64,000 bases of DNA from Dehalococcoidia bacterium (GTDB lineage: Bacteria > Chloroflexota > Dehalococcoidia > GIF9 > AB-539-J10). Position 1 is the stretch's first letter. Each line of letters begins with the position of its first letter. The translations under genes were made by a program, and so were the position numbers. The stretch is from the NCBI GenBank assembly GCA_030612025.1, contig JAUWOR010000006.1:36749-100748 (forward strand), written 5' to 3'. The notes below the pieces were generated by a model, which made no database searches, was not told the DNA's origin, and saw only the letters and a list, made by a program, of their open reading frames with translations. Below are positions 18,502-31,343 of this stretch, piece after piece.

Positions 18502-21500
18502 TTAGGGGGTAATCTGGGTATCTAGCTGCAAGCTTGTCGTCTTAGTTTCCTCATGTCCCTCACCAGATAAGGGATAGGAGGGCCTTCCTTCACTCTCATC
18601 CAGCACCCGAGCTGGAATAAGCTTGCCCAGAATAACATTTTCCTTAAGTCCACGAAGTTTATCTACCTTGCCTTTGGTCGCCGCATCAGTAAGCACTCGC
18701 CCAGTCTCTTGGAAAGAAGCAGAAGCTAACCAGCTATCCTTGCTTAAGCTGGCTCTAGTTATCCCTAAAAGAACAGCTTGTGCGGTTGCTGGCTCACCCC
18801 CCTCAGCTAGCACCTTAGCATTTACCTCTTCATAATCAAAGCGATCAATCATCTCGCCCGACAGGAACTCTGTATCACCCGAGGAAATAATTCCCACTTT
18901 TCTCAACATCTGACAAGCGATGATAGCAATATGCTTATCATGTATGTTCACCCCTTGAGAGCGATATACTTTTTGTATTTCATCGATTAAATGCCTCTGC
19001 ACTGCTTCTTTCCCTATAATTTGTAATATATCATGTGGGTCAATGATCCCCTCAGCAAGTTGTTCACCGGCTTTAACCTTGCTCCCTGTTTTAACAAGTA
19101 ACCTTGTGCCATGTGGAACAATGTATTCTCTTTCCTCCCTTTCCTCATATTTGATATAAAAACGGCCATCTTCAATAACGACTTCACCAGCAACTCTAGC
19201 CACTATAGGTCGTTGTTCAGCTATTGCCGGCAACTGCATGTCCCTTTCCTCAGTCTCCTCTGAAGGAGGGACAGGATGAAGCAGGATAGTGCCAACATCA
19301 ACTAATTGTCCATCATCTACAGCAGCTTTCATCCCTGGTGACAATTCATATTCATCAAGACAAAATTCAGAGCTAGTAATCCTGACCTTGTTTCCCTCAT
19401 CTGTATCAATTACCTCAACATTGCCATCAATTTCAGAAATAATGGCACTACCCTTCGGTATTCTAGCTTCAAAAAGTTCCTCTACCCGCGGCAGCCCACT
19501 GGTGATATCAGTACCAACTACACCACCTGTATGGAAAGTACGCAAGGTAAGCTGAGTGCCCGGTTCGCCAATGCTTTGAGCGGCAATAATGCCTACGGCG
19601 GTACGAGGATTTACTAACCGTCCTCTAGATAGATCCCTACCATAGCAGCACTGACAAACTCCAAATCGAGAGCGACAGCTAAGGGGTGACCTCACATATA
19701 CTTGATTGATGCCAGCCTTGATAATTCGTTTCACCCTTTCCTCATCGATTTCTTCATCGCGATCAACAATAACCTTGCCCGTAGCTGGGTCAACAATTTG
19801 ACTTGCTGCTAGATAGCCAATAATCCGTTCACCCAACGAAGGCAAAGAGCCTCCCCTATCCTCCCCTGATATCCAAACTCCTTCAGTGGTGCCACAATCC
19901 CTCTCAGCTACAATGACATTTTGGGCCACATCTATGAGACGCCGAGTAAGATAACCGCTATCTGACGTCCTCAAGGCGGTATCAGCCAATCCTTTGCGAG
20001 CACCATGGGTAGAAATAAAATATTCCATAGGGGACAGCCCATCTCGGAAGCTTGACCTAATGGGAAAGTCCATTATCTTCCCTGACGGATCGGTCATCAA
20101 TCCGCGCATTCCTGCTAGCTGCCTAATCTGGGAGATATTACCCTTTGCTCCCGATGTAGCCATCATGTAGATCCCACCATAGCGGTCTAAGGATTGAGAT
20201 ACATCCTCAGTAACTTTATCTGTGGTCTCCATCCATACTTGAACTACACTCTCATAACGTTCGTCCTCAGTAATGAAGCCACGGTTAAATTGATCTTCAG
20301 CCATACTAACTAGCTTATCAGCCTCCTTAAGAAGCTTAGCTTTTCCCGGGGGCTCTATTATATCGTTCATGGCAATAGAAATCCCTGACTTCGTGGCATA
20401 GGAGAAGCCTAATTGCTTAAGATTGTCAAGGACAGCAGCAGTAGTTTCATTGCCTAATAAACGAATGCAATCAGATACCAGAGTCCTCAAGGCAGCTTTA
20501 TCTGCTACTTCATTGTAAAAACGAAGCTGCGGGGGCAAAGCATCGTTGAATAAAATCCGTCCCACTGTAGTCTTTATCCGCTCTCCTTGCTTATCACCAC
20601 CTTGCACCTCGATCTCGGCACAAAGATCAATTATGCCCAATTCGTAAGCTAGTTTGGCCTCATCGAAATTGCTGAAAATTTTTCCTTCCCCTCTAGCCCC
20701 GGCCTTAATGACAGTAAGATAATAGCAACCAAACACCATATCAAGGCTGGGCACTGTTGTCGGCTCACCACAACTTGGTAGCAACATATTGTTGGGGCTG
20801 AGCAACTGCTCTCTTGCTTCCCTCACTGCCATCTTGGATAAGGGTACATGAACCGCCATCTGATCACCATCAAAATCAGCATTAAAGGCAGTGCAAACCA
20901 AGGGATGAAGTTGAAAGGCACTCCCATCAATTAAGACCGGCTCAAAGGCTTGAATGCTCAACCGATGTAATGTAGGGGCACGATTAAGCAATACTGGGCG
21001 TTCTTTAACCACTTCACTAAGTAAATCCCAAACCTCAGGGCTGGCTCTCTCCACTTGGCGTCGAGCAATCTTTACATTATTAGCATAACCCTTCTCTATA
21101 AGCTTATGCATAACGAAAGGTTTAAATAACTCTAAGGCTATATGCCGTGGCAAACCACATTGATGAAGCTTAAGATCGGGACAAACAACAATGACCGAGC
21201 GCCCACTGTAGTCTACTCGCTTGCCCAAGAGATTTTGCCGAAACCGCCCCTGCTTCCCCTTCAACATAGCTGAGAGAGATTTCAAAACATGATTATTGCC
21301 AGTAGTAACTGCACGCCCCCTCCGTCCATTATCAATGAGGGCATCAACAGCTTCCTGCAGCATACGTTTTTCATTACGAATAATGGCTTCGGGGGCTCCT
21401 AACCCTATAAGACGGCGGAGACGATTATTACGGTTAATGACACGCCGATAAAGGTCATTAAGGTCACTAATAACGAAACGACCGCCATCTAGCTGGACTA

Positions 21501-22437
21501 CAGGACGAAGTGCCGGTGGTAGTACTGGAAGCACAGTTAAAATAACCCATTCAGGTTTGTTTCCACTAAGCCTGAAGGCTTTGACTAACTGTAACCTTTT
21601 GCTAATCTTCTTGTGGGACTGCCCAGAGGCGGTGCGCATTTCTTCAAGGAGTTCCTGATGTAACTTCTCTATATCAATTTTCTTCAGAATCTCTAGAATA
21701 GCTTCAGCACCCATACTAGCTTCAAAAATATCACCATATTTATCCTTAAATTCTTGGTATCCCTCCTCATTAAGCAGCTTCAATGGCTTAAGATTTTCTA
21801 TCTCTCCCTTTTTTACCTTCAGTTCCTCTTCAAGTCCCGTTTTCCGCTCTGCAAATTTAGCACGGAGCTGATTCACTTCCTTCGCTATAGTCTCCTCATC
21901 CACTTCAGCTTTAACCTGCAATTCTTCAACTTCCCTGTTTACACGCTCCTCCTCTTCAGCAATCCTTCGAGACGTTTCTTCCTCAAGCTGATGAACCTTC
22001 CCTTGGCGAGCTTCCTCATTGACTGAGGTAATGATATATCGGGCAAAATAGATGACCGATTCTAAGTTTCGTGGAGAGAGATTGAGAAGAAGGCCAAGCC
22101 GACTAGACACCAATTTGACAAACCAAATATGAGTCACTGGGGCAGCTAACTCGATATGCCCCATACGCTCCCGGCGTACGCTGGAATGAGCTATCTCAAC
22201 TCCACACTTATCGCAAATAACGCCTTTGTATCTTACTTTTTTGTATTTGCCACAATGACACTCGAAGTCCTTGGTAGGACCGAAGATCCTCTCACAAAAG
22301 AGACCGTCTCTTTCCGGCTTCAGAGTACGGTAATTTATCGTCTCCGCTTTAGTCACCTCACCATGAGACCAACTCCTGATTTGATCCGGTGAGGCAAGAC
22401 TTATTCCTATACCACTCAGCTCGTCAAATTGAACCAT
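18502..22437 (-). CDS. rpoC: RNA polymerase beta' subunit
   Basis: NADFDGD, zinc-finger cysteines, QLTLRTFH. Confidence 0.99.
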   Translation of the reverse strand: MVQFDELSGIGISLASPDQIRSWSHGEVTKAETINYRTLKPERDGLFCERIFGPTKDFECHCGKYKKVRYKGVICDKCGVEIAHSSVRRERMGHIELAAPVTHIWFVKLVSSRLGLLLNLSPRNLESVIYFARYIITSVNEEARQGKVHQLEEETSRRIAEEEERVNREVEELQVKAEVDEETIAKEVNQLRAKFAERKTGLEEELKVKKGEIENLKPLKLLNEEGYQEFKDKYGDIFEASMGAEAILEILKKIDIEKLHQELLEEMRTASGQSHKKISKRLQLVKAFRLSGNKPEWVILTVLPVLPPALRPVVQLDGGRFVISDLNDLYRRVINRNNRLRRLIGLGAPEAIIRNEKRMLQEAVDALIDNGRRGRAVTTGNNHVLKSLSAMLKGKQGRFRQNLLGKRVDYSGRSVIVVCPDLKLHQCGLPRHIALELFKPFVMHKLIEKGYANNVKIARRQVERASPEVWDLLSEVVKERPVLLNRAPTLHRLSIQAFEPVLIDGSAFQLHPLVCTAFNADFDGDQMAVHVPLSKMAVREAREQLLSPNNMLLPSCGEPTTVPSLDMVFGCYYLTVIKAGARGEGKIFSNFDEAKLAYELGIIDLCAEIEVQGGDKQGERIKTTVGRILFNDALPPQLRFYNEVADKAALRTLVSDCIRLLGNETTAAVLDNLKQLGFSYATKSGISIAMNDIIEPPGKAKLLKEADKLVSMAEDQFNRGFITEDERYESVVQVWMETTDKVTEDVSQSLDRYGGIYMMATSGAKGNISQIRQLAGMRGLMTDPSGKIMDFPIRSSFRDGLSPMEYFISTHGARKGLADTALRTSDSGYLTRRLIDVAQNVIVAERDCGTTEGVWISGEDRGGSLPSLGERIIGYLAASQIVDPATGKVIVDRDEEIDEERVKRIIKAGINQVYVRSPLSCRSRFGVCQCCYGRDLSRGRLVNPRTAVGIIAAQSIGEPGTQLTLRTFHTGGVVGTDITSGLPRVEELFEARIPKGSAIISEIDGNVEVIDTDEGNKVRITSSEFCLDEYELSPGMKAAVDDGQLVDVGTILLHPVPPSEETEERDMQLPAIAEQRPIVARVAGEVVIEDGRFYIKYEEREEREYIVPHGTRLLVKTGSKVKAGEQLAEGIIDPHDILQIIGKEAVQRHLIDEIQKVYRSQGVNIHDKHIAIIACQMLRKVGIISSGDTEFLSGEMIDRFDYEEVNAKVLAEGGEPATAQAVLLGITRASLSKDSWLASASFQETGRVLTDAATKGKVDKLRGLKENVILGKLIPARVLDESEGRPSYPLSGEGHEETKTTSLQLDTQITP

Positions 22438-22480
22438 CTTTGTTTATCACCTCACGTCCCTCGCCAGATAAAGGATAAGA

Positions 22481-22546
22481 AAATCAAAAATCAAACATCA
22501 AAAGTCAAAATCACAGATTTATTTTTGCATTTTTATCTTTGACTTT
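22481..22546. repeat. Inverted heptamer arrays (TCAAAAN x4 / TTTTGCA-type), no cargo gene
   Basis: tcaaaaa tcaaaca tcaaaag tcaaaat ... ttttgca tttttat ctttgac. Confidence 0.75.
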
Positions 22547-22566
22547 CCGCCTCGTCACCTCTATAC

Positions 22567-25500
22567 TTATAATCTAGCTTTAAATTTTGGCTTTACCTCG
22601 GCGAAGAAATTTATTTTCTCCTCATCTTCATTGAGTAGCTCAACAGCAAAACCCAAGCTACGTAGTTCCATAAACAAAACTTTACACGACTCCGGGACAC
22701 CAAGTTGATAGATATCTTCACCTTTAATAATAGCCTCGTAGGTTTTGGCTCGACCCATCACATCATCCGACTTTACAGTAAGCATTTCTTGAAGCATATG
22801 TGCGGCACCATAGCCTTCCAACGCCCATACCTCCATCTCACCAAAGCGCTGACCACCAAATTGAGCTTTCCCACCCAAAGGCTGCTGCGTGATGAGTGAA
22901 TATGGACCGGTAGAGCGAGCATGCGCTTTATCTTCCACAAGGTGTAGCAACTTCATCATGTAGACATTGCCTATGGTTATTGGTTGGTCAAAGGATTCAC
23001 CAGTCCTTCCATCACGAAGCTCTATCTTGCCAAAGATAGGTGGATAAAGCCTTCGCTCTTCATAAAATCTTTTTGCCATCTGCTCCAAATCATCGTCACT
23101 TAGATCTCGCACATTCATGCCCAATTCCTCAAGCCACAAACAAAGGGAAGCCCTTTTAGCCCTTCCTCGATATTTTTCATCCATTATTTCCTCAGCAGTA
23201 AAACCATGCTGGGCTAGCCATGTCTTGATCTTCTCCTGATTAGCTGCTATTGAGTTTTCTGAGTTAAGGCTAACAGCGCCGGCTTCCCAAGCTATCCAGG
23301 CCCTAGCTAAAGCATCCTCAATAGCTACGGCATCAGCTCCATCAAAAACTGGATTAATTGCTCTAAAACCCAATACATGGGCTGCCCAACCCAAATGAGC
23401 CTCTAAGACTTGTCCAATATTCATACGGGATGGAACGCCCAGCGGATTAAGAATAATATCCACAGGTGTGCCATCAGGCAGAAATGGCATGTCTTCCTCA
23501 GGCACTATGATGGAGATAACCCCTTTATTGCCATGCCTGCCTGACACTTTATCACCGACTGAGATCTTGCGTTTTTGGGCAACCCACACTCGCACAATCT
23601 TATTAACTCCCGCCGACAATTCATCATGCTTATCACGGGAGAAGACTCTTGTATCAATCACTCTCCCCCACCCTCCAGGCGATACCTTGAGAGAGCTATC
23701 CTTCACCTCACGCACCTTCTCCCCAAAAATAGCTCGTAGTAATTTCTCCTCTGCTGAAGGCTCAGTCTCACCTTTGGGGGTGATCTTCCCTACCAAGATA
23801 TTGCCAGCGCTTACCTCAGCACCAATACGGATAATGCCCTGCTCATCAAGATCACTCAGGCTTTCCTCACTTACATTGGGTATATCCCTGGTGATTTCCT
23901 CCGGTCCAAGCTTTGTATCTCGCGCCTCTATTTCATACTTCTCAATGTGGATAGAGGTATAGGTATCGTCTTTAACCAGCCTTTCACTGATGATAACGGC
24001 ATCTTCAAAATTATACCCTCGCCAGCTCATAAAGGCACAGGTAACATTCTGCCCCAAGGCAAGTCCTCCATCATCGATTGCGGTACTGTTTACTAAGACT
24101 TGACCCTTTTTAACCCTATCTCCCTTGTTTACTATGGGATATTGGTTAATACACGTTCCTTGATTAGTTCTGACGAACTTAATTAGCTCGTAAACATGAT
24201 TTTTGCCCCTCTCATCTTCAATTACAATTTGCGAGCTGGTTGCGGAAGTCACTACACCATCTTCGGGAGCAAATATCACTTGTCCGCTGTATTTAGCTAC
24301 TTCCCTCTCCATCCCCGTGGCCACTAAGGGAGCCCGAGGGCGTAGCAGCGGTACTGCCTGGCGCTGCATATTCGAGCCCATTAAAGCGCGATTAGCATCA
24401 TCATGCTCCAGAAATGGAATAAGCGAGGCAGATACACTGAATATCTGCTTCGGGGAAACGTCCATGAAATCTATTTTGTCTGCCGCTTCCTTAAAATACT
24501 TGCTCCCCATCTTAACCTCAATTTTTTCTTCCGCAAACTCATTCCTCTCATTTAGAGGAACCTTAGCCTGAGCAATGGCATATTGATCCTCCTCATCAGC
24601 GGTTAGATAAGTAACTTGATTGGAAACGAAAGGAACCACTTTGATAGTTTGCGTAGAAAGCGAAGCTAACTTTTGCGCCACCTCTTCTGTAACTAATATG
24701 CCAGATTTAGCTATAAGACAGCCTTCATTATCCACTATATCCTCTCGGATCGTCCTCCCTAATAACTCTGATACAGCATTAGGAACTTCATGGATAACTC
24801 TGCGATACGGAGTTTCCACAAAACCATATTTATTAATTGAAGCATAAATAGCTAGAGAGCCGATCAAACCGATATTAGGACCCTCAGGCGTCTCTATGGG
24901 GCAAATTCTTCCGTAATGGGAATGATGCACATCACGAACTTCAAAGCCAGCCCGCTGCCTAGAGAGCCCACCAGGACCGGTAGCAGATAGGCGACGCTTA
25001 TGAGTCAGTTCGGCTAACGGATTAGTTTGATCCATAAACTGTGATAATTGAGACCGACCAAAAAAATCCCTCATAGTAGCTACTATAGGACGAATATTGA
25101 TCAAAGTAGAAGGAGTTGCTTCAGGACCAAGGATGCTCATCCGCTCTTTAATAGCTCTCTCTAAATGGAATAACCCAATCCGAAATTGATTTTGTGTCAG
25201 AAAACCTACGGTATGTGCTCGCCGATTGCCTAAGTGGTCAATATCATCAGAAGTCTCTTTGCCATTATTGATCAAAATAATGTGGCGCACTATCTGCACT
25301 ATATCTTCAGGTTTTAAGCCAAGATAATCCTTAGGGACGTTAACCCCTAACTTCTTATTAAGCTTGTAGCGGCCAACCTCGCCTAAGCTATAGCGCCGAG
25401 GATTGAATAGGAAATTCTTCAGCAACGTTTGGGCACTATCGAGGCTAGGAGGCACACCAGAGGATAATTTGCGATAAACATCAACTAACGCTTCAGCTTT

Positions 25501-26205
25501 GCTCCTAATCAAAGGGTCTCGCTCTATTGTGGACCGAATAAAAGAATGGTCAGGAGCGTCATCTACGTCTTGGAAAAGAGCTAATAAAGCATCATCGCTA
25601 CCAAAGCCTATAGCGCGTAACAAAGTGGTAACAGGTATTTTCCGTTTCCCATTCACTTTGACTGAAATCACATCACGACCGGAAGTATCAAAATCAAGCC
25701 ATGCCCCGCGCTCAGCAACCAGCTTAGCAAAGCATAACTCTCGTTTTCCCACACTATCCTTCTCTAAAGTAAAGTAAACGCCTGGAAAGCGGGTCAACTG
25801 GCTGACTACTACCCGCTCCGCTCCAGAAATAATAAAAGTGCCTTTGTCCGTCATCAAAGGAAAATCGCCAAAAAATAACTCCTGTTGCTTAATCTCACCT
25901 GTCCCTTTAGCCACTAGACGAACTAAAACATGGAGAGGCGAGGAATAAGTCATACCTCGCTCAAGGCACTCTTCGATGGAATGCTCAGGCTCACGAAACT
26001 CATAATCGGAAAAATATAGCTCCCCCCTAGTACCAGTATAATCCTGGATAGGCGAAATCTCCTCAAATAGCTTCTTCAGACCTTCTTCCTGAAACCAATG
26101 AAAGGAATCAAGCTGAACTCGAATTAGGTCAGGTACCTCTACCATCTCAGGCAACTTAGCAAAAGATTTCACTAACACGTGCTTAGACATCAACGAAACA
26201 GCCAT
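22567..26205 (-). CDS. rpoB: RNA polymerase beta subunit
   Basis: [28 protein letters not shown]. Confidence 0.99.
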   Translation of the reverse strand: MAVSLMSKHVLVKSFAKLPEMVEVPDLIRVQLDSFHWFQEEGLKKLFEEISPIQDYTGTRGELYFSDYEFREPEHSIEECLERGMTYSSPLHVLVRLVAKGTGEIKQQELFFGDFPLMTDKGTFIISGAERVVVSQLTRFPGVYFTLEKDSVGKRELCFAKLVAERGAWLDFDTSGRDVISVKVNGKRKIPVTTLLRAIGFGSDDALLALFQDVDDAPDHSFIRSTIERDPLIRSKAEALVDVYRKLSSGVPPSLDSAQTLLKNFLFNPRRYSLGEVGRYKLNKKLGVNVPKDYLGLKPEDIVQIVRHIILINNGKETSDDIDHLGNRRAHTVGFLTQNQFRIGLFHLERAIKERMSILGPEATPSTLINIRPIVATMRDFFGRSQLSQFMDQTNPLAELTHKRRLSATGPGGLSRQRAGFEVRDVHHSHYGRICPIETPEGPNIGLIGSLAIYASINKYGFVETPYRRVIHEVPNAVSELLGRTIREDIVDNEGCLIAKSGILVTEEVAQKLASLSTQTIKVVPFVSNQVTYLTADEEDQYAIAQAKVPLNERNEFAEEKIEVKMGSKYFKEAADKIDFMDVSPKQIFSVSASLIPFLEHDDANRALMGSNMQRQAVPLLRPRAPLVATGMEREVAKYSGQVIFAPEDGVVTSATSSQIVIEDERGKNHVYELIKFVRTNQGTCINQYPIVNKGDRVKKGQVLVNSTAIDDGGLALGQNVTCAFMSWRGYNFEDAVIISERLVKDDTYTSIHIEKYEIEARDTKLGPEEITRDIPNVSEESLSDLDEQGIIRIGAEVSAGNILVGKITPKGETEPSAEEKLLRAIFGEKVREVKDSSLKVSPGGWGRVIDTRVFSRDKHDELSAGVNKIVRVWVAQKRKISVGDKVSGRHGNKGVISIIVPEEDMPFLPDGTPVDIILNPLGVPSRMNIGQVLEAHLGWAAHVLGFRAINPVFDGADAVAIEDALARAWIAWEAGAVSLNSENSIAANQEKIKTWLAQHGFTAEEIMDEKYRGRAKRASLCLWLEELGMNVRDLSDDDLEQMAKRFYEERRLYPPIFGKIELRDGRTGESFDQPITIGNVYMMKLLHLVEDKAHARSTGPYSLITQQPLGGKAQFGGQRFGEMEVWALEGYGAAHMLQEMLTVKSDDVMGRAKTYEAIIKGEDIYQLGVPESCKVLFMELRSLGFAVELLNEDEEKINFFAEVKPKFKARL

Positions 26206-26335
26206 AATCTTTTCTCCTCAAAACAAAAGTGAAACCTAATCTTTGTAAGGCATTTAAACTGTAAGATGTTCACTAGAGGAAAATTTAAAGCTAATAAGAA
26301 GGAGGGGAAGGGCAATAAACATAACGCAAACTTAT

Positions 26336-26364
26336 AATCTAACATTAATAAAATATTTTGTCAA
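26336..26364 (-). promoter_or_regulatory. sigma70-like promoter for rpoBC
   Basis: Minus strand TTGACA-17bp-TAGATT, with an extended -10 TG. Confidence 0.6.
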
Positions 26365-26475
26365 GTCCCAGGGACCTAAAAACAGCGATTGAAAAAATTT
26401 TTGCCACCCAGATGCCACCATAGTCCTCAAAATTGTCCCAGAGGCTAGCGATAGGTTGCTATATTTATACCCAAA

Positions 26476-29022
26476 TTATTTCTCCTTGGCCACTCGTTTG
26501 AGTTCATAAAGCTTGCCAATAGCTTCTAAGGGCGACATGGAATCAATGTCGAGTTTAGCAATCTCATCGGCTAATAAAGAGTCTTTCGGGAAAAGGGAAA
26601 GTTGCTGTGCTTTCCGCCGAAGGGTCTTGCTTTTCTTGGAAGCATGGCTCTCTTCCAACTCAATTAAAACTTCCTGAGCTCGATTAATCACCGATCTTGG
26701 CAAGCCAGCTAGCTGAGCCACATGAATACCATAACTCCTGTCAGTGCCTCCGGGAACAATTTTATGCAAAAAGACGACCTTGTCCCCCTCTCCAGCCACA
26801 GCCACATTGAAGTTTTTCACCCTGGGCAAGGTATTAGCTAAATCCACCAACTCATGATAGTGGGTGGCAAAAAGAGTTTTTGCGCCTAGCCTGGGTGACC
26901 CATGAATAAACTCAGCCACTGCCCAAGCGATGGAAAGCCCATCGTAAGTGCTCGTACCCCGCCCAATTTCGTCCAAGATGACCAAAGAACGAGGAGTGGC
27001 ATTATGTAAGATATTTGCCGTCTCGGTCATCTCCACCATGAAAGTAGACTGCCCGGCAGCTAAGTCTTCTTGAGCGCCAATTCGGGTGAAGATGCGGTCA
27101 ATAATACCAATGGTGGCAGAATCCGCAGGAACAAAGCTGCCTATTTGAGCCAAAAGAACTATCAAGGCTACCTGTCTCAAATAAGTGGATTTCCCCGACA
27201 TGTTTGGACCGGTAAGTATGATAAGTTGGTTATCCTTATTACATAAGTAAGTGTCGTTGGGGATAAAATTATCGCTACCTATACTTCTCTCCACTATAGG
27301 ATGGCGCCCTCCTTTAATATCTATGATATCTCCGGTAGTTAATTTTGGCCTAACATAGGCATAGCGTGCTGCCACCTCAGCAAGCCCACAGAAGGTATCA
27401 ATCTGGGCGATAGCCCTGGCGGTAGCCAAAATTTGCTCACCAGCAGCACCTATTTGCTGACAAACTTGTCGAAAAATGGCACTCTCTAGGTCAGCCATCT
27501 TTTCCTGTGAAGTTAAGATCAGCGACTCATATTCCTTAAGCTCGGGAGTAAAAAACCTTTCCGCTTCCGCCAATGTTTGCTTGCGGATGTAATCATGAGG
27601 AACCACCTTGAGATTAGCCCGAGAGACCTCAATATAATAGCCAAACACCCTGTTGTAACCTACCTTTAAGGATTTAATTCCTGTGCGCTGCCTTTCTCTC
27701 TGCTCCAGGCTAGCCAGATGCTGCTTAGCCTCCTTTGAGTTGTGGCGAAGCTCATCTAATTCAGGGGAGAAACCTTCCTTTATTACTCCACCTTGCTCAA
27801 AATCCCCAGGTTCATCGGCGATAGATTGCCTAATTAAATCCACAATGTCAGGGCAAGGCTTCAATTTGGCTGCTAACCAATCTACAAACTCTCCGACTTC
27901 CATCACTGCCTTTAGTTCAGGTATCTTCTCCAAGCTAGAGCGTAGCGTTATTAGCTCTCGGGGCATGACTTTGCCACTTCTGACCCGATTAATTAAGCGT
28001 TCCAAGTCAGCAATATCTGCCAGAAGTGTCACAGCTTTATGGCGAGCCAAAGTGTTGTGATAAAACCAGGCGACAGCTTCTTGGCGTTGATTCAACTCTA
28101 CTGTGTCAACAAGGGGATGCCCGAGCCAACTTTTCAGCAGTCTGCCACCCATAGCCGTCTTGGTTAAGTCAACAATGGAAAGAAGCGAGTTGCTGGTCGC
28201 TCCCCACCTGCCACCCTGAAAAAGCTCCAAGTTGCGGCATGTTTGACCATCGAGGACCATGAAGGAATCTGTAGAGTAGGTGGTGAGACTGGTTAGCTGT
28301 GACAGGGCTTCCTTTTGGGTCTCTCTGACATAATGGATTAATGAGCCCGCAGCCCTTATGGCTAAAGGCAAATGGGCACAGCCATAGCCCTCCAGAGTAG
28401 CCACGCCAAAATGTTCCAATAAAGCTTGTTGAGCAATTTCCAAATCAAACCAATAGTCATCAAGCTTAGTGATAGTGAATGGCAATTGACCATAATCATT
28501 GGCATTCTCAGAAATAAGAAGCTCGCTTGGCTGAAGACGTTCCAATTCAGGGAGAATCCTACCAGCAGGAAGCTGAGTAGTAGCAAACTCGCTTGTAGTT
28601 ATATCAACATAGGCAATTCCTGCCTTCTCATCCTCAACAACTAAACTAGCCAGATAGTTATTGCTCTTACTTTCAAGTAGGTTAGGCTCAATCACTGTTC
28701 CTGGCGTCACGACCCGGATAACATCTCTTTCCACCAACCCTTTGCCTGGAGGGCTAAGCTGCTCACAAATAGCCACCTTGTAGCCCCGGTTGATGAGCCT
28801 GGCTAAATAATTATCTAAAGCATGATGAGGTATCCCCGCCATGGGCACTTTGTGCCCCTTACCCATCCCACGAGAGGTTAAGACAATATCCAGCTCCTTA
28901 GAAGCAACTCTGGCATCTTCATCAAAGGTCTCATAAAAGTCGCCCAATCGAAAGAAAACTATAGCCTCAGGATACCTCTGCTTAACCCTGAGATACTGTT
29001 GCCTGAGTGGAGTTATCGCCAT
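26476..29022 (-). CDS. mutS: DNA mismatch repair protein MutS
   Basis: GDFYE, TGPNMSGKST, DEIGRGT, SYGIHVA. Confidence 0.98.
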   Translation of the reverse strand: MAITPLRQQYLRVKQRYPEAIVFFRLGDFYETFDEDARVASKELDIVLTSRGMGKGHKVPMAGIPHHALDNYLARLINRGYKVAICEQLSPPGKGLVERDVIRVVTPGTVIEPNLLESKSNNYLASLVVEDEKAGIAYVDITTSEFATTQLPAGRILPELERLQPSELLISENANDYGQLPFTITKLDDYWFDLEIAQQALLEHFGVATLEGYGCAHLPLAIRAAGSLIHYVRETQKEALSQLTSLTTYSTDSFMVLDGQTCRNLELFQGGRWGATSNSLLSIVDLTKTAMGGRLLKSWLGHPLVDTVELNQRQEAVAWFYHNTLARHKAVTLLADIADLERLINRVRSGKVMPRELITLRSSLEKIPELKAVMEVGEFVDWLAAKLKPCPDIVDLIRQSIADEPGDFEQGGVIKEGFSPELDELRHNSKEAKQHLASLEQRERQRTGIKSLKVGYNRVFGYYIEVSRANLKVVPHDYIRKQTLAEAERFFTPELKEYESLILTSQEKMADLESAIFRQVCQQIGAAGEQILATARAIAQIDTFCGLAEVAARYAYVRPKLTTGDIIDIKGGRHPIVERSIGSDNFIPNDTYLCNKDNQLIILTGPNMSGKSTYLRQVALIVLLAQIGSFVPADSATIGIIDRIFTRIGAQEDLAAGQSTFMVEMTETANILHNATPRSLVILDEIGRGTSTYDGLSIAWAVAEFIHGSPRLGAKTLFATHYHELVDLANTLPRVKNFNVAVAGEGDKVVFLHKIVPGGTDRSYGIHVAQLAGLPRSVINRAQEVLIELEESHASKKSKTLRRKAQQLSLFPKDSLLADEIAKLDIDSMSPLEAIGKLYELKRVAKEK

Positions 29023-29100
29023 TGGTGCTATTTTACTACAAAGGCCTCGTTGAAACGAGTTGAGTCGTCTGTTATGATGCTCTAATTAGATACTTCTTAA

Positions 29101-29574
29101 ATGATAGAAGAAATCGGCATTCACACTGAGCAGAAATTCAAAGGTTGTGTTGATGAGGAGTGGGTCAGAAAAATAGCTCATGAGGTTCTCGAGGCTGAAG
29201 GCGTAGTTCCCCCTTACGAAGTGAGCCTGGTTTTCACCGATTCTGAGACGGTGCAAAAACTCAATCGAGACTACCGAGGCGTGGATGAGCCCACAGATGT
29301 GCTTGCCTTCAATATGCTTCCTCAAAAAGAAACCTCTCCCCCTTTTGTTCTGCCTCCCGATGGCGTAGCTCGCCTGGGCGAGGTAATCATTTCCTATCCC
29401 CAAGCAGTGGAGCAAGCCAAGGAACAAGGGCATTCCGTTAATAAAGAGCTAGCACTGCTAATTATTCATGGCATACTTCATCTCTTAGGCTATGACCATG
29501 AGCAACCAGAGGAAGAAGCCAAAATGAGAGCCAGGGAAAAGGAGCTTTTAGCCAGGGCTACCTCCGGGAGATAG
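29101..29574 (+). CDS. ybeY: rRNA maturation endoribonuclease YbeY
   Basis: LNRDYRG..PTDVL, HGILHLLGYDH. Confidence 0.96.
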   Translation: MIEEIGIHTEQKFKGCVDEEWVRKIAHEVLEAEGVVPPYEVSLVFTDSETVQKLNRDYRGVDEPTDVLAFNMLPQKETSPPFVLPPDGVARLGEVIISYPQAVEQAKEQGHSVNKELALLIIHGILHLLGYDHEQPEEEAKMRAREKELLARATSGR

Positions 29575-29899
29575 GGGGCTATGAGCAAGCCTTTTCATAT
29601 ACGGGGAAATATTTATATCCTCGGCAACGCTGAGATATCACTCCCATATGCTTGCCGTTTATTTAGCGAAAACACACTGACCACAAAGCTGACATACTGT
29701 GCGAAGGGCATTTCGGCATCTACCAACCAGCAAATGAGGTTAAAGATTACATAGAAGACTATCTTTGTCAGCTCTCTACCAGGCATATGTAACTGCACAA
29801 TTTGTAATATAGCTCCTTAACATTACCTCAAGCTCTTTATAATCTAGGAAATACCTAGTCATATCCTTCTTAAATTACTTTGAGTGGTCGAAATGCTTC

Positions 29900-30125
29900 A
29901 AGTGTCTCCTTACTACCATATCCGAGGGAGAAACTACCATCCTCAAACCACGGGATGGTAGAAAGGCTTATTCGGACAATTAAAGAAGAAGAGAGCTATG
30001 TTAATGACTATCCTGCCCCTTTAGATGCTCAAAGGAAGCTTGATGTGTGATGATACACTGTAACCATGAACGCCCACACCAGACCCTGGGATATAAAACG
30101 CCTTCAAAATTGATGATGAAAGTGG
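29900..30125 (+). pseudogene. IS3/IS481-type integrase-core transposase remnant
   Basis: HPQTTGMVERLIRTIKEE ... NHERPHQTLGYKTP, with stops and a frameshift. Confidence 0.75.
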
Positions 30126-30420
30126 CCTACAAATAATAAATATACTATTGGATAAGGCAGGCGGATTAGAGCCTGAACTGCAAGACTATTGCTCAAGTTT
30201 GCTGAGTATCTGAAAGGTCTTTCTACAAATGAAGAAACATAGTCTGTTTTTGCTGACTGAGCTTTATCTGCCTGCTTCATTCATACCTATTTACATACAA
30301 TGTTAAATTTTTGTTGATATTATGTCAAAATCGTAGAACATTAACACCCATTGAATTCCATGTCTTGACAAAGGCTCAGTGTTAATAATATGCTTCACTA
30401 ACTACTTTGATGTTGATTAA

Positions 30421-30897
30421 GTGTCTGATATGGTAGAAGACAAGAACGAAGAATTATATGACCTATGGACATTGTTGCTTCGTGCTACCCGCTTGGCTGC
30501 AAAAGCGAGAGAGAAAGAACTTAGACCATACGGTATCTCACGTGCAGAGGCAGGAGTGCTACGCGTTATATTTCAAAAACAAGGCCGGTTAACGCCGTCG
30601 GATATTGCAAGACAAACGAGAAGAGAGATCCACACTGTTAATGCGCTACTGCATAGGATGCAAGGAAGGGAAATGCTGCAAATCGTAAGGGGTGAGAACA
30701 GAAAGGATATTGTCGAAATGCATTTAACGGATAAGGGGTATCAAGCCTATGAAAACAGCCTTAGACTAGACTCCGTTTCCGAAATACTGTCTATCCTATC
30801 AAAGGATGAACGTACATCTCTTGCATCAATTATGCGTAAGGTTGGAAATTCTGCTCTAGAGGTTATCAAGGAATGCGATCATCCGCGCTTTTCATAG
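30421..30897 (+). CDS. MarR family transcriptional regulator
   Basis: KELRPYGIS, TPSDIAR, LTDKG. Confidence 0.88.
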   Translation: MSDMVEDKNEELYDLWTLLLRATRLAAKAREKELRPYGISRAEAGVLRVIFQKQGRLTPSDIARQTRREIHTVNALLHRMQGREMLQIVRGENRKDIVEMHLTDKGYQAYENSLRLDSVSEILSILSKDERTSLASIMRKVGNSALEVIKECDHPRFS

Positions 30898-30999
30898 TTT
30901 TCCCCTGGAAAACAAACTAGGCACGCACGTTGAAGGCAGACAATGGCGCCCACAATTGGGGGGTGGATTGCTCTGTTAATTTATCAAAGAAACTTTCAA

Positions 31000-31343
31000 T
31001 ATATCCATTCTCCTGGGGACTGTCAGGATTAATAAGCGGAGTCTGGCTGCCTAGAGCTTCCTAGTCACTGGCAGACCGCCCTAGCAACAAACTCAGAGCC
31101 GTTGCCACTGTGAATAAACTTCGGCACCCCACGGGTCAGCAGCAAACACTCCGGCCTCCTCACTACCGCCGAAGCTGGTATTGCGGGTGCAATCCTGGTG
31201 GCCAGGCACTGCCGGGCGGACGCATCAATTACAGCCAGAGTCCCGAGCTTATGACCTCGCTCGGTCCTGTCCTCCATGAAGTCGTAGCTCCAGACATGAT
31301 GGGATGTATTCTGTTTTTTTTCAAATTTCTGCCAGTGTTGCAT
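31000..31343 (-). pseudogene. IS3-family transposase remnant
   Basis: HVWSYDFMEDRT..G..L..L.VID, P.FIHSGNGSEF (degenerate DNGSEF). Confidence 0.8.

Noticed and set aside
18502-26205. Inteins in RpoB/RpoC (extra segments)
   Set aside because: No intein splice motifs; the segments look like lineage-specific insertions.
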